Of a stretch of 64,000 bases of DNA, positions 10,637 to 20,885 are shown piece after piece. Source of the DNA: Promethearchaeota archaeon. GTDB lineage: Archaea > Asgardarchaeota > Lokiarchaeia > Sigyniarchaeales > SOKP01. The first letter of the stretch is position 1. Every line of letters starts with the position of its first letter. The notes below the pieces were generated by a model. That model saw only the letters and a program-made list of their open reading frames with translations, was not told the origin of the DNA and made no database searches. Location of the stretch: NCBI GenBank assembly GCA_008080735.1, contig SHMW01000002.1:67188-131187 (forward strand). Reading direction: 5' to 3'. A program made the translations under genes and the position numbers.

Positions 10637-11296
10637 TTATCTCGTGGGATATTTTATGATTAAACCACGTAAATAGTCTGCAATATCTTCAATCCATGCT
10701 ATAACGTTATATACATTATTTACCAATTTAGAAGTTAGTAATACTCTGGTGGGTTCCTCTGTTTTTTTGTAAATTGTCTCCAGCAAACTATATCTTAATT
10801 TTCGAGCTTCTCTTCTCATTTTTTCTATCTCAATTGTTTTTTCATAAGCCCCATCAAAATTGGTTTCCATTAACTCTAATGTGTCAATAAGCATTTTAAT
10901 TAGCGAATAACATGTATTACATAGCTTTTTAAAATCTTCAGAAATGTCGTCATATAAGTCAAATGGATAAATTTTGAGAAAACGAGCAATAAATTCAACT
11001 TTACCCAGAGCCTCATCTACCATTGTAATAATCTTGTACCTATCCTCAACGAGAAAAGGAAGGGCGCGTTTATCTTGAAATAAAACTTGAATATATTTTT
11101 CTTTGATTCGATCACATTTGCGTTCTGACTCAATAACTTCATCCAATCTAGTTTTATCGAGTTTATTGGTTATGAAATCCTTCATAATTTCATTTAGAAC
11201 CGAAGCACCCTCTAAAAATTGGGCATTGTATTCCTTTGCTATTTGGTCTATACTTTTATGTGTGTCCTTACTTTTCATAATGAATTTCCTTTTCAT
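10637..11296 (-). CDS. DUF47/PhoU-like phosphate transport regulator
   Basis: ExKCDRIK, EDR and EDIAD motifs; directly upstream of PiT. Confidence 0.85.
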   Translation of the reverse strand: MKRKFIMKSKDTHKSIDQIAKEYNAQFLEGASVLNEIMKDFITNKLDKTRLDEVIESERKCDRIKEKYIQVLFQDKRALPFLVEDRYKIITMVDEALGKVEFIARFLKIYPFDLYDDISEDFKKLCNTCYSLIKMLIDTLELMETNFDGAYEKTIEIEKMRREARKLRYSLLETIYKKTEEPTRVLLTSKLVNNVYNVIAWIEDIADYLRGLIIKYPTR

Positions 11297-11420
11297 ATAT
11301 GATAAATATATAGAAATATATATCTGATTTTTAAAAAGATTTTGTTCTCAAATATAAAAAGATCCACTACGTTATATGAATTTTCATGGACTAAAAAAGA
11401 AAAAAAGAAGAGTAGAACTT

Positions 11421-12722
11421 TTATTGAGAGATCTCGGAGATCTCTTCCTTTATTTGCTCTTGGGCCAATTTAGGTAGCTTTTCTTTGGCAAAAATTAGTG
11501 GAATTATTGCTGGAATCATTATAAATGCAGCTACTACGAAAATCAAAAAATTTGGAACAAAAGAAGGTATTCCGTCGATTATTTTAAACGTACCATATAC
11601 TTCAGAGATTGATCCTCCTATCCACGAACCTATTACCATGGGAATTGTCGCAGCGAATAGGACATAATAACCGCTGAATTGCCCACGCTTTTTTGCGGGA
11701 AAGAGGTCTCTCATCCATGCATTCGCAGAAATATTCCATCCGGTCATAAATAATTGAGTAAACACTCCCGCAAAGATTAATATCCATAGGTTAGCACTAA
11801 TTATGAACAGAAATAATGATAAAGCATTAGCGATTACGCAAAAAATGGTTATCTTTTTTCTCCCGATTTTATCGATTAAAATTCCTATTGGATAAGCTAG
11901 AATTAGATTTATGATAAAACCTATGAAGACGACGAGTGCTGCAGTCATAAAATCTAATCCTAGAGAATATTCTAAGTATATAAGAATAAACGGAAAGAAC
12001 ACATTGAATGCTGTAGCCCATATGAGCATTCCTAAAAGAATTAGAAATACGTCCTTATTTTTTTTGATTATATCCACGTTATAAGTCTCTTTTATGTGCT
12101 GTTTTATAGTCAGTCCAGAGGATTTGAGATCTTTTGGGTCTTTGGAAAGATATGCGCCATATACACCCAATATCCCTACAACGGCGCCCATTATGTAGAA
12201 AAAATTATAAAATCCAATAGACTCAACAATTATTCCAGCCATTCCATACACGATGAGCGTTGAAAATAACATAGTTAATTGCAATACTCCCATTCCTTTA
12301 CCTCGATTCTTCATTGTAGTGATATCAGTGATGTAAGCATTGAAGGCAGCATCAAATGCCGTGGAACCGAAATAGGTCATTATACAATCAAAAATAATTG
12401 CAACCGCTACTGCGAGAAGAGGGAGAGTTATTAATCCTGCCACGGGGTAAATAGCCGTTGTTATTGCCCACAATATAAATCCATAAAACATGAAGATTCT
12501 GCGTTTTCCTTTAATATCTGAAACTGCACCCATAATTATAGCGGTAAGTGCTGCCGTGATTGCTCATGCCCCCACCATAATTGAAATGAAAAGTGGTCTA
12601 CCTGCAATTTCTTTGTACATGAAAACATTATAAAATTGATTTTCGATCGCCCAAGCTAAGTTGCCCGCAAGTCCTACTAGCAATATGATTATAGTATTCC
12701 GTCTTGATAATTTTTCTTCCAT
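11421..12722 (-). pseudogene. MFS transporter interrupted by one in-frame TGA (codon 53, 12564-12566)
   Basis: ATG at 12722 reads MEEKLSRRNTIIILLVGLAGNLAWAIENQFYNVF...MVGA*AITAALTAIIMGAVSD, in frame with ORF 11421-12533; MFS motifs SDIKGKRR and DKIGRKK. Confidence 0.8.
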
Positions 12723-12856
12723 TTTTAAAAACTTGTTTTTATAATTAGATGTTAGATAAATTTAGGATATTACATATAATAAAGATTTAACATTAAATAG
12801 AGAATAATTTACTAAGGACCCGATTAAGGATTTCATCTGAAAATTCCTAATGTATA

Positions 12857-14011
12857 TTATGGATGCCCAGAAGTTAAATAAGTTGGAAGGAATATTGGTT
12901 TTTTCAACTTCTGATAATCTAATTTAGTATCAAAATCATTTACCATAAGCACGCTTGCTTTAAGCTTTAGAAATCCTAAACGAATGAGACCACTATGTAG
13001 AACGTGGTTTTTCCTATCACCCGAAAATATTATAATCCCAAGTTTCCTTTTAATAGCCGCTTTCATTACCTTATCGAGTAAATAAGAATAGACTAATATT
13101 CTTAATGTTCGCGTAGGAATTCTCTCCAGATCTATATAGAGTTCATGAATTATTCCAATTTTTAGAATTAGATGAAATTGGGAGAAATAGAATTTTTCAT
13201 AGGTTAAAGATGCACCTCCGATAATATGGGTATTTTTCTTGATAAATACATAGCTTGGGATTTCCCTCTCGTATGGGACATCTATTTTCGCCCATTTAAG
13301 TTTTTTAAGTGTATATTTAGAATTAAAATCATAATATTTAGGAATAATTGTGTTTATGGACTGCCGGTATTTTATATGTCCCTTGCCATGGCATATTTCG
13401 AAACCAATATCTTTGAAAAATGAGTTTAATTTAGTTGCTATTTTTATAATACTCCGTGGAAAAAGAGAAATTAACATAATCAGCGGAAAAAGTGGGAAAA
13501 ATTGAGGTAACATTTGAATTAGCCTTGTGGGGGCGGGAAAATTAAAATAAACATTTAGAGGTCTCACATCCTGAAAACCAAATTTTAGATATATTTTATT
13601 CCTTGCTATGCTATCGGACCCCGTAACCAGCATCGCTAGATCGCATCCTTTCTGTTTCATATATTTTACAGCCATCTTCATCAAACAAGTGGCAATTCCC
13701 TGTCTTGTATAGTCAGGATCACAAGATACATCATTAATATGCCCAACGAGATATTCCTTACCTTTACATCTCATCTTTTCTATTGGATTAACATAAATCG
13801 CACCTACTATTCGCTTTTTTTCCATATCCTCTGCAATCTGTATCATCTCGGGTTCAAAACCGGGAGATTGAATATATCTCCATCTGATAGATCTTTTTGT
13901 CCGAATGAAACTCTTTCCGTTCATTTGGAAAGCTCTCATAAATAAAAGTGCTAACCCTGGTTCATCACCTCTCTTATAATTTCGATAATTTATAGTTTCC
14001 ATGTATCTCAA
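12857..14011 (-). CDS. GNAT family N-acetyltransferase (Eis-like N domain)
   Basis: INDVSCDPDYTRQGIA acetyl-CoA motif A, YLKFGF. Confidence 0.8.
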   Translation of the reverse strand: MRYMETINYRNYKRGDEPGLALLFMRAFQMNGKSFIRTKRSIRWRYIQSPGFEPEMIQIAEDMEKKRIVGAIYVNPIEKMRCKGKEYLVGHINDVSCDPDYTRQGIATCLMKMAVKYMKQKGCDLAMLVTGSDSIARNKIYLKFGFQDVRPLNVYFNFPAPTRLIQMLPQFFPLFPLIMLISLFPRSIIKIATKLNSFFKDIGFEICHGKGHIKYRQSINTIIPKYYDFNSKYTLKKLKWAKIDVPYEREIPSYVFIKKNTHIIGGASLTYEKFYFSQFHLILKIGIIHELYIDLERIPTRTLRILVYSYLLDKVMKAAIKRKLGIIIFSGDRKNHVLHSGLIRLGFLKLKASVLMVNDFDTKLDYQKLKKPIFLPTYLTSGHP

Positions 14012-14085
14012 ATCTTTAATATGATTGAAATATTAAAATTTTTATACTTAATACTATATTTAAAATATTATAGAATAAATAAAGC

Positions 14086-14448
14086 GTGAGTGGAATGAGT
14101 GATAATTTATCAGGAGTGCTTGAAAGTCTTAAAGCTATAAAAGGAGTTCATGGTGCGGCATTAATCGAAAAGTTTGGTCTTATTAAAGGGAGTGCGTTGC
14201 CTGGTTGGGTAGATCCCGAAGCAGTAGCCGCTATGGTGACGCTTATCCTAAAAGCCTCTCAGAGAGCTACGAAAGAATTGGAACAAGGGAAATTTAATAA
14301 CGCGATTATCGAAAGTGAAAATGGAAAGATTTTATTTACTGAAATCAAAGGGAATGTGCTATGTATTATAACCACGGTGGATGCTAAGCTAGGAATTATT
14401 AATCTGAAGCTGGACGCGGCTTCAAAGACGATTGCGGCACAAATATAA
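14086..14448 (+). CDS. roadblock/LC7 (MglB-like) protein
   Basis: 120 aa; GVHGAALIEKFGLI, AVAAM, ELEQG, IIESENGKIL, AKLGII. Confidence 0.88.
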   Translation: MSGMSDNLSGVLESLKAIKGVHGAALIEKFGLIKGSALPGWVDPEAVAAMVTLILKASQRATKELEQGKFNNAIIESENGKILFTEIKGNVLCIITTVDAKLGIINLKLDAASKTIAAQI

Positions 14449-14513
14449 AACTTTTTTTATTTCTTAATTTTAATTCAAGGCATTTCAGTATTAGTCCGAA
14501 TAATTACTTTCAT

Positions 14514-16004
14514 TTAATTTTCGAGGTAATCATCCATATTTCTGATGAGGAGTTCTCGTGTAATTTCTGGATCCGCTGTCCCTCGAGTTTTTGCCATACA
14601 TTTACCGATCAAGGCTTCTAATGCCCGGGGGTTATCCTTATAGTCTTTAATAATTGCGGGATTCTCCTCCAAAACTTCTCTTACAATAGATTCAAGTTTT
14701 TTCTTATCAGCTAACCGTTTTTTTCCGCTTTCTTTGATAATATTCGCAAGCGATTTTCCTTTCATGAGCTTATCAACAAATGATTTTGCGATCTTTCCTG
14801 TGATTTCTCCGTCTTGAATTTTCTCAATAAGATTCGCCAATTCTTCTGGTTTTAATTCTGTCTCTAAGATATTTTTATTATGTTCATTAAGCCATCGTGA
14901 AATGTCTCCCATTAACCAGTTGCAATACATTTTATATTCCTCATCTCCAAAATTGGCTTTAAAATGAATGCCTTCTTCGTAGAAATCTGCGATATTCTTA
15001 TCCAATACAAGTATTTCAGAATCGAATTCAGATAAATGATAATCCTTTTGGAAACGGTTCATTCGTACATTAGGCATTTCAGGGAGCTCTGCTTTAACTT
15101 TATTTATAAAATCATCATCAAGGTTGATGGGAACTAAATCTTGTTCTGGAAAATACCGATAATCCTTTTCAAATTCTTTCGATCTCAGTCCAATAGTAAC
15201 CCGTCTATCGTCATCCCAATGGCGCGTTTCTTGAATAGGTTCTTTTCCATGTTTTATAAGATTTTTCTGTCTTCGTATTTCCCACTTTAAGGCTCGCTCC
15301 ACTTCCTTAAAACTGTTAATATTTTTGACCTCGCTACGTGGATACCCCTCAATAGAAATATTCGCATCTACACGTACCGAGCCTTCCAAATCTAAATCAG
15401 CGATGCCAGTATATTGGATAACAGATTTTAAATTGTTCAGAAATTCTCTTGCTTCTCGTGGGGATCTTATAACTGGTTCAGTGACAATTTCTATCAGTGT
15501 TATTCCAGAACGGTTATAATCCACCAGCGTATATGGTGAGGAGGCAATGCTGCCTTTATGTACTAATCGTGCAGGATCCTCTTCAAGATGAATCCTATTT
15601 AACGAAATTTCTTTCTTTTCGCTATTGGATCGAATAATTATATGTCCACGATCTCCAAAAGCTTTTCCGCCAGCTTTATTGTACTGGCTCACTTGAAATC
15701 CTTTAGGGAGGTCGGGATAAAAATAATTCTTACGAAAAAACCAGAATTCTTTATTGATATCACACTCTAATGCAAGCGCCAATCGTGTGGCAAATTCTAT
15801 CGCTTTTTTATTTATTACAGGAAGTGATCCTGGAAAGCCTAAACATATCGGACATACCAGTGTATTCGGTTCTTTTCCACGATAATCACTGCTACAGCTA
15901 CAGAAAAGTTTTGTATTTAGATTAGTTAATTGGATATGAACTTCAAGTCCGATAACCACTCCATTCTTTTTACTCTTCATATTAGTTGCCACCTCCTTTA
16001 GCAA
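14514..16004 (-). CDS. gatB: Asp/Glu-tRNA amidotransferase subunit B
   Basis: IGLEVHIQL, CPICLGFPGSLP, RKNYFYPDLPKG, DYNRSG, YRYFPEQDL; real start is likely the ATG near 15980. Confidence 0.96.
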   Translation of the reverse strand: MLKEVATNMKSKKNGVVIGLEVHIQLTNLNTKLFCSCSSDYRGKEPNTLVCPICLGFPGSLPVINKKAIEFATRLALALECDINKEFWFFRKNYFYPDLPKGFQVSQYNKAGGKAFGDRGHIIIRSNSEKKEISLNRIHLEEDPARLVHKGSIASSPYTLVDYNRSGITLIEIVTEPVIRSPREAREFLNNLKSVIQYTGIADLDLEGSVRVDANISIEGYPRSEVKNINSFKEVERALKWEIRRQKNLIKHGKEPIQETRHWDDDRRVTIGLRSKEFEKDYRYFPEQDLVPINLDDDFINKVKAELPEMPNVRMNRFQKDYHLSEFDSEILVLDKNIADFYEEGIHFKANFGDEEYKMYCNWLMGDISRWLNEHNKNILETELKPEELANLIEKIQDGEITGKIAKSFVDKLMKGKSLANIIKESGKKRLADKKKLESIVREVLEENPAIIKDYKDNPRALEALIGKCMAKTRGTADPEITRELLIRNMDDYLEN

Positions 16005-17478
16005 GTGAAGGCATTTTATGATAGATGTCTAATTTTTGCTCCAGTTTGTATCCAATATTTAGGATTTCCTTTTCATCGAAATAATTTCCAATAATCTGAA
16101 ACCCGATGGGTAGATCATCGTTATCGAATCCACACGGAATGGATAGTGCTGGTAATCCAGCTAAATTAACAGGACAAGTCAATACATCCATTAAATACAT
16201 TTGTAATGGATCATCTACCAATTCCCCAATTTTAAAGGCGGTTGTAGGCATTGTGGGAGAAACAATTAGATCGCACGTTTCAAATGCTTTTTGAAAGTCT
16301 TGTCTGATTAGGCTCCGTACTTTTAAGGCTTTTATGTAAAACATATTGTAATATCCAGCAGATAATGAATAGGTTCCAAGAATTATTCTACGTCTTACTT
16401 CTTCTCCAAATTTTTCCCCCCTCGTATGACTAAATGCTTCAAAAATATCTTTATCTGATATTTTAACCATTTTTCCATATCTTAGACCATCAAATCGGGC
16501 AAGATTGGAGCTCGCTTCGCTCATCGCAATGATATAATAAGTTGGAATTGAATACTTTAGATGAGGAAGAGAAATTTCTGTGATTTCCACTCCCATTTGT
16601 TCTAGTTCCTTAAATGAGCTCTGAACTTTACGTTTTACTTCTTGATCAATACCTTCACCAAAAAATTCTTTTGGAATACCTATTGTTTTTCCTTGGATTG
16701 GCGTATCTAAATATTCTGTGTATTTGTCGATTTTTTGTTCAACTGTAGTTGAATCAAGATGGTCATAACCTGCTATTAATTCTAAAAGCAATGCAGCATC
16801 CTTTACACATTGAGTGATTGGACCAATCACATCTAACGAATTAGCATATGCTATTAATCCATATCGAGAGACTCTCCCGTAAGTAGGTTTTAGTCCTACA
16901 ACACCGCAATATGATGCGGGACAGCGGATACTTCCCCCTGTATCACTTCCTAAGGCAAAGAGAGATTGTCCTGCTGCAATACAAGCACCTGACCCTCCGC
17001 TTGATCCTCCAGGAACGCGATCTAAGTCCCAAGGATTATAGGTAGGACCATAACAACTATTCTCTGTTGAGGATCCCATGGCAAATTCGTCCATGTTCGT
17101 CCTTCCGATACAAATTCCGTTTTCTTGCTCAAGCAGTTTTTTTGAAACCGTAGCATGATATGGTGGTCTATATCCTTTAAGAATTTCCGAACAACATGTG
17201 GTCGGACTATTTTTCACACAAATTAAATCTTTAATTGCGATAGGAACACCATATAATCTTCCCAAATCCATCCCTTTCTTAAATTTTGAATCTAATTCTT
17301 TCGCTCTTTTAAATGCTTTTTTTTCTTCTAAATGGACAAAAGAATGTACCTTATCTTCAGTTTGATTTATTTGTTGAAATATTAATTCTGTAATCTCTGT
17401 TACAGTGAATTCTTCCGCTTTTATCTTCTCAATTAGTTCATACCCCATGTATTCACTGATATTCATTGATTCTCCCAA
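15982..17478 (-). CDS. gatA: Asp/Glu-tRNA amidotransferase subunit A
   Basis: IAIKD, NMDEFAMGSS, PGGSSGGS, GSDTGGSIR, SSNLARFDG, EVRRRIILG. Confidence 0.96.
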   Translation of the reverse strand: MGESMNISEYMGYELIEKIKAEEFTVTEITELIFQQINQTEDKVHSFVHLEEKKAFKRAKELDSKFKKGMDLGRLYGVPIAIKDLICVKNSPTTCCSEILKGYRPPYHATVSKKLLEQENGICIGRTNMDEFAMGSSTENSCYGPTYNPWDLDRVPGGSSGGSGACIAAGQSLFALGSDTGGSIRCPASYCGVVGLKPTYGRVSRYGLIAYANSLDVIGPITQCVKDAALLLELIAGYDHLDSTTVEQKIDKYTEYLDTPIQGKTIGIPKEFFGEGIDQEVKRKVQSSFKELEQMGVEITEISLPHLKYSIPTYYIIAMSEASSNLARFDGLRYGKMVKISDKDIFEAFSHTRGEKFGEEVRRRIILGTYSLSAGYYNMFYIKALKVRSLIRQDFQKAFETCDLIVSPTMPTTAFKIGELVDDPLQMYLMDVLTCPVNLAGLPALSIPCGFDNDDLPIGFQIIGNYFDEKEILNIGYKLEQKLDIYHKMPSLAKGGGN

Positions 17479-17646
17479 ATTTTAGATGATTTAGACTGAA
17501 TTGTGTATATTTACCTTACTATATTTAGTCTAGTATTTCTAAAAAGTTTGATTAAATTTCCCCTCTAAAAGCTTCGAAAGACTATTCTTAATCTTAAATA
17601 TTGAGATTACGATTTTTTTGGAAATAAAAAGGTCATATTGGATTAA

Positions 17647-18954
17647 TTAAGGTTCTTTTCTGTCCATCGTACGGGGAAAAGGAATAGCGTCTTTTATATT
17701 GTCCAAACCGCATATCCATGAAACTACTCTCTCAACACCTACTCCATAACCGGAGTGAGGAACACTTCCATATCTTCTTAGGTCAAAATACCACTCGTAT
17801 TTACTAGGATCTTCCCCTTCTTTTTCTAATCTTTGTTTCATGTTTTTAATGGACAAACTCCTCTGGGATCCACCGATAATTTCGCAATATCCCTCAGGTG
17901 CTATCATATCGAAACATAATGCCTCTTCTGGATTTTCCTCACTGGGTGGTTTATAAAATCCCATAATCTCTGTAGGATAATGAGTAACCACGACTGGGAC
18001 ATTAAAATGCTCAGCCAATGTCTTTTCCTCATTCGTTCTCAAATCTTTCCCCCAGGGAACATTCATATCATAAGTATTGTTTAGAATTTCCAAAGCTTTA
18101 GCATATTTAATCGTGGGATATTTTGCATTAACATATTTTTCTAGTATTGAAATATCTCGTTCTAATATTTCTAAATCTTTCTTATTTTTATTTATAACCT
18201 CAGATATAATAAATCGTATTTCATCTTTTGCAACTTCAATAATTTCATCAAGCTCCATCCATGCGGCTTCCATTTCAGCCATCCAAAATTCTGAGAGATG
18301 TCTGGATGTACTTGATTTTTCTGCTCTAAATGTGGGACCCATATTGTAAATTTTCCCTAATGAGAATATTCCCGCTTCTGCGTATAATTGCCAAGATTGA
18401 CTTAAATAGACAAAATCCTCGAAATAATCCACTTTAAACAAAGTTGCGCCTCCCTCTGACATACTAGGTTGAAAAATAGGCGCATCGAATTCAAAATATC
18501 CCCGATTTCTAAAAAATTCGTGAATCGCTCCGACGATTGTATGTCTAATTTTCAGAATGGCTTTAATTTTTCGTGATCTTAACCATAAATGCCGATTTTC
18601 AAGAAGTAATTCAATAGATTGATATTCTGTTATCGGGAATGGATCAGCTATTTGGACAACCTTTAATTCCGTAACTCCTAATTCATAACCGGTAGGTGCT
18701 CTACTATCTTCTCGTAATTCTCCTCTTATTTTTATAGATGATTCAATGGTTAGATCTTGCGCTTTTTCGAACAATTTAGGTGTTTTATTTTTTTTAATTA
18801 CACACTGAATTATGTCCGACTCATCTCGGAGTACGATGAAGATGAATTTATTAGATTTTCGTTCCCGGTACACCCATCCCCTTAAATTAAATTGTGTTTC
18901 TTCTGGAAATCTTCTAATTGCCTCCTCTATTGTGATATATTTTGAATCTTTCAT
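17647..18954 (-). CDS. asnS: asparagine--tRNA ligase
   Basis: OB-fold anticodon domain, SQSWQLYAE (AspRS has QSPQLYKQ), FRAEKS--RHLSEFWM, YGSVPHSG-G-ER, IPFPR. Confidence 0.88.
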   Translation of the reverse strand: MKDSKYITIEEAIRRFPEETQFNLRGWVYRERKSNKFIFIVLRDESDIIQCVIKKNKTPKLFEKAQDLTIESSIKIRGELREDSRAPTGYELGVTELKVVQIADPFPITEYQSIELLLENRHLWLRSRKIKAILKIRHTIVGAIHEFFRNRGYFEFDAPIFQPSMSEGGATLFKVDYFEDFVYLSQSWQLYAEAGIFSLGKIYNMGPTFRAEKSSTSRHLSEFWMAEMEAAWMELDEIIEVAKDEIRFIISEVINKNKKDLEILERDISILEKYVNAKYPTIKYAKALEILNNTYDMNVPWGKDLRTNEEKTLAEHFNVPVVVTHYPTEIMGFYKPPSEENPEEALCFDMIAPEGYCEIIGGSQRSLSIKNMKQRLEKEGEDPSKYEWYFDLRRYGSVPHSGYGVGVERVVSWICGLDNIKDAIPFPRTMDRKEP

Positions 18955-19066
18955 ATTTCGATTAAAAAAGTGTTAGACACTTTAAATAAATGTCTCTTTT
19001 GTTTATATTTATTGAAAATATCAAAATAATTGCTATAGTCCATTGATGGAGGAGATTAACCTTTTT

Positions 19067-19864
19067 TTACGAAATGTTTGGGTCGTTTTTTTCTTTTTTT
19101 AGAAGATATTTCGAGAAAATATTCATATAAAGGCACTGCTCTGCTGGTAATCCTGTAGTCATGTTAGGATTCTCTGTAAATTCAACATTTGCATTTCTTA
19201 TGAACACTATGGGTGTTTGTTGGTCCGCCTCTCCGAGTAGAAACTGAGCAGCACTTACTAAATCATCTGCGACTGCTCTTAAAGTAATTTCTAATGGTCG
19301 TCCAAATAAGTCAGGTTTTCCGATGCAATCCTCGACGGGTTCAAAACCAGCAGTAGCTAATGCGATCCCTATAGTACCTTTTCGAAGTGGTTGTACTCGG
19401 GAATCTGCAATTATTACTCCCAAGTTTTTAAGATTGAATTTTTTCCTTATTTTTCTATAATATTCCCACACGACTTTTTTTTGATCTTTTGGAAATAGAA
19501 CCACATTATCCTCTCCCGCGTTTGACTGGTCAATACCAGCATTAGCTATTAAAATATCATTGACTTGTGCCAAAATGACATGTCGCATTCCCCCCAAAAT
19601 CATATCTGATTCTCGTAATATTAATTCAACTATCCTCTCATCCATATCATACTTTTCTGCTAGTTCAATTGCCCTTTTAGAGATTTTTTGTATATCCGAG
19701 AGGTTTATAACTCTTCCCTGAGCAGTAGCGATCACTTTTTCCGAGATTACAATTATATCCCCTTCTTGAACTTCTTTCTCCTCCTTTTTAAGTGTTTCAA
19801 AAAAGATTTCTAAAAGGAGATCGTTTTTCTTAATCACTGGCAGTTTCAAGGAAAAAAGATACAT
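19067..19864 (-). CDS. cofE: CofE-family gamma-glutamyl ligase (F420-0:gamma-glutamyl ligase or FolC2-like)
   Basis: VISEKVIA-AQG, ANAGIDQSN, IADSR--PLRKG, DLFGRPL, GEADQQTP. Confidence 0.88.
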   Translation of the reverse strand: MYLFSLKLPVIKKNDLLLEIFFETLKKEEKEVQEGDIIVISEKVIATAQGRVINLSDIQKISKRAIELAEKYDMDERIVELILRESDMILGGMRHVILAQVNDILIANAGIDQSNAGEDNVVLFPKDQKKVVWEYYRKIRKKFNLKNLGVIIADSRVQPLRKGTIGIALATAGFEPVEDCIGKPDLFGRPLEITLRAVADDLVSAAQFLLGEADQQTPIVFIRNANVEFTENPNMTTGLPAEQCLYMNIFSKYLLKKEKNDPNIS

Positions 19865-19915
19865 AAGAAAAAGAGTTAATTTTAATTGAAATAGTTTTTT
19901 TTGTTCATTAAGTAT

Positions 19916-20779
19916 ATGAATAAAATTGAATCTGTACTCTTTGATAACTTTATAATTGGAGATAACTCCCCTACATTAATAATGGGAGTATTAAATTTAA
20001 GTCCAGAATCTTTTTATAAATCTTCAATCTATGAAACATTCGAAAGTATAAGAGAGGCTGCATTGAAGATGATCAGTTCTGGAGCACTTATTTTAGACGT
20101 GGGCGCGCGATCTACAGCTCCTAAGTCTCCTGTTATTTCAGTAGACGAGGAAAGAAATCGTCTAGAACCCATTTTAGAAAAGTTATGTGAAATTCTCCCA
20201 GACAATCTTCTACTCTCAGTGGATACTCAATTCGCAAGGATTGCGCAAGCTGCTTATAGAATTGCTTCAAGATACAATAAGCGCATGATTTTGAATGATG
20301 TAAGTGGTCTCACGACGGATCCAGACCTAATTAATTTTATTACGAAAAATAATATACCCCTAATTTTAATGGCATCTAAGGATAAACCGGGGGATCTCCT
20401 CACGATTGATGAAATCATTCAACAATTACGATCTAAAATTCAGCTACTCAATGATAGAGGTTATGATGAGAAGAAAATAATAATCGATCCTGGTATAGGA
20501 CACTGGGTTAAAGATAAGACTTATCAATATGACTTAAAAATCATTGCAAATCTCGAGAAATTACGCACTTTACAAAAACCTATATTAATTGCACTATCCA
20601 GAAAATCATTTATTGGAGAAGTATTAGAGATTCCCGATCCAGAGGATAGACTAATGGGATCCCTTTGTGCTACCGCAGTCTCCGTATTTAATGGTGCCCA
20701 TATTGTAAGAACTCACGATGTCAATAAAAAGTTAAAAGACATAGTTAAAATGGCTGAAGCTATCAGAAGAAGTAGATAA
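19916..20779 (+). CDS. folP: dihydropteroate synthase
   Basis: MGVLNLSPESF, DVGARSTAP, SVDT, NDVSG, DPGIG, SRKSF, RTHDV; in-frame ATG at 19916 preferred over TTG at 19901. Confidence 0.93.
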   Translation: MNKIESVLFDNFIIGDNSPTLIMGVLNLSPESFYKSSIYETFESIREAALKMISSGALILDVGARSTAPKSPVISVDEERNRLEPILEKLCEILPDNLLLSVDTQFARIAQAAYRIASRYNKRMILNDVSGLTTDPDLINFITKNNIPLILMASKDKPGDLLTIDEIIQQLRSKIQLLNDRGYDEKKIIIDPGIGHWVKDKTYQYDLKIIANLEKLRTLQKPILIALSRKSFIGEVLEIPDPEDRLMGSLCATAVSVFNGAHIVRTHDVNKKLKDIVKMAEAIRRSR

Positions 20780-20885
20780 TTCTTTCATATCCCTTTTTAT
20801 TAAACACTTTTTTATCAGCACACCATTCCACCTAAATATTAAAATCAATAAAAATTTATGGAAGAAATTCTATATTTATATTGGA

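Noticed and set aside
17479-17646. Hidden gatC
   Set aside because: The gap is too short and AT-rich, with no suitable ORF.
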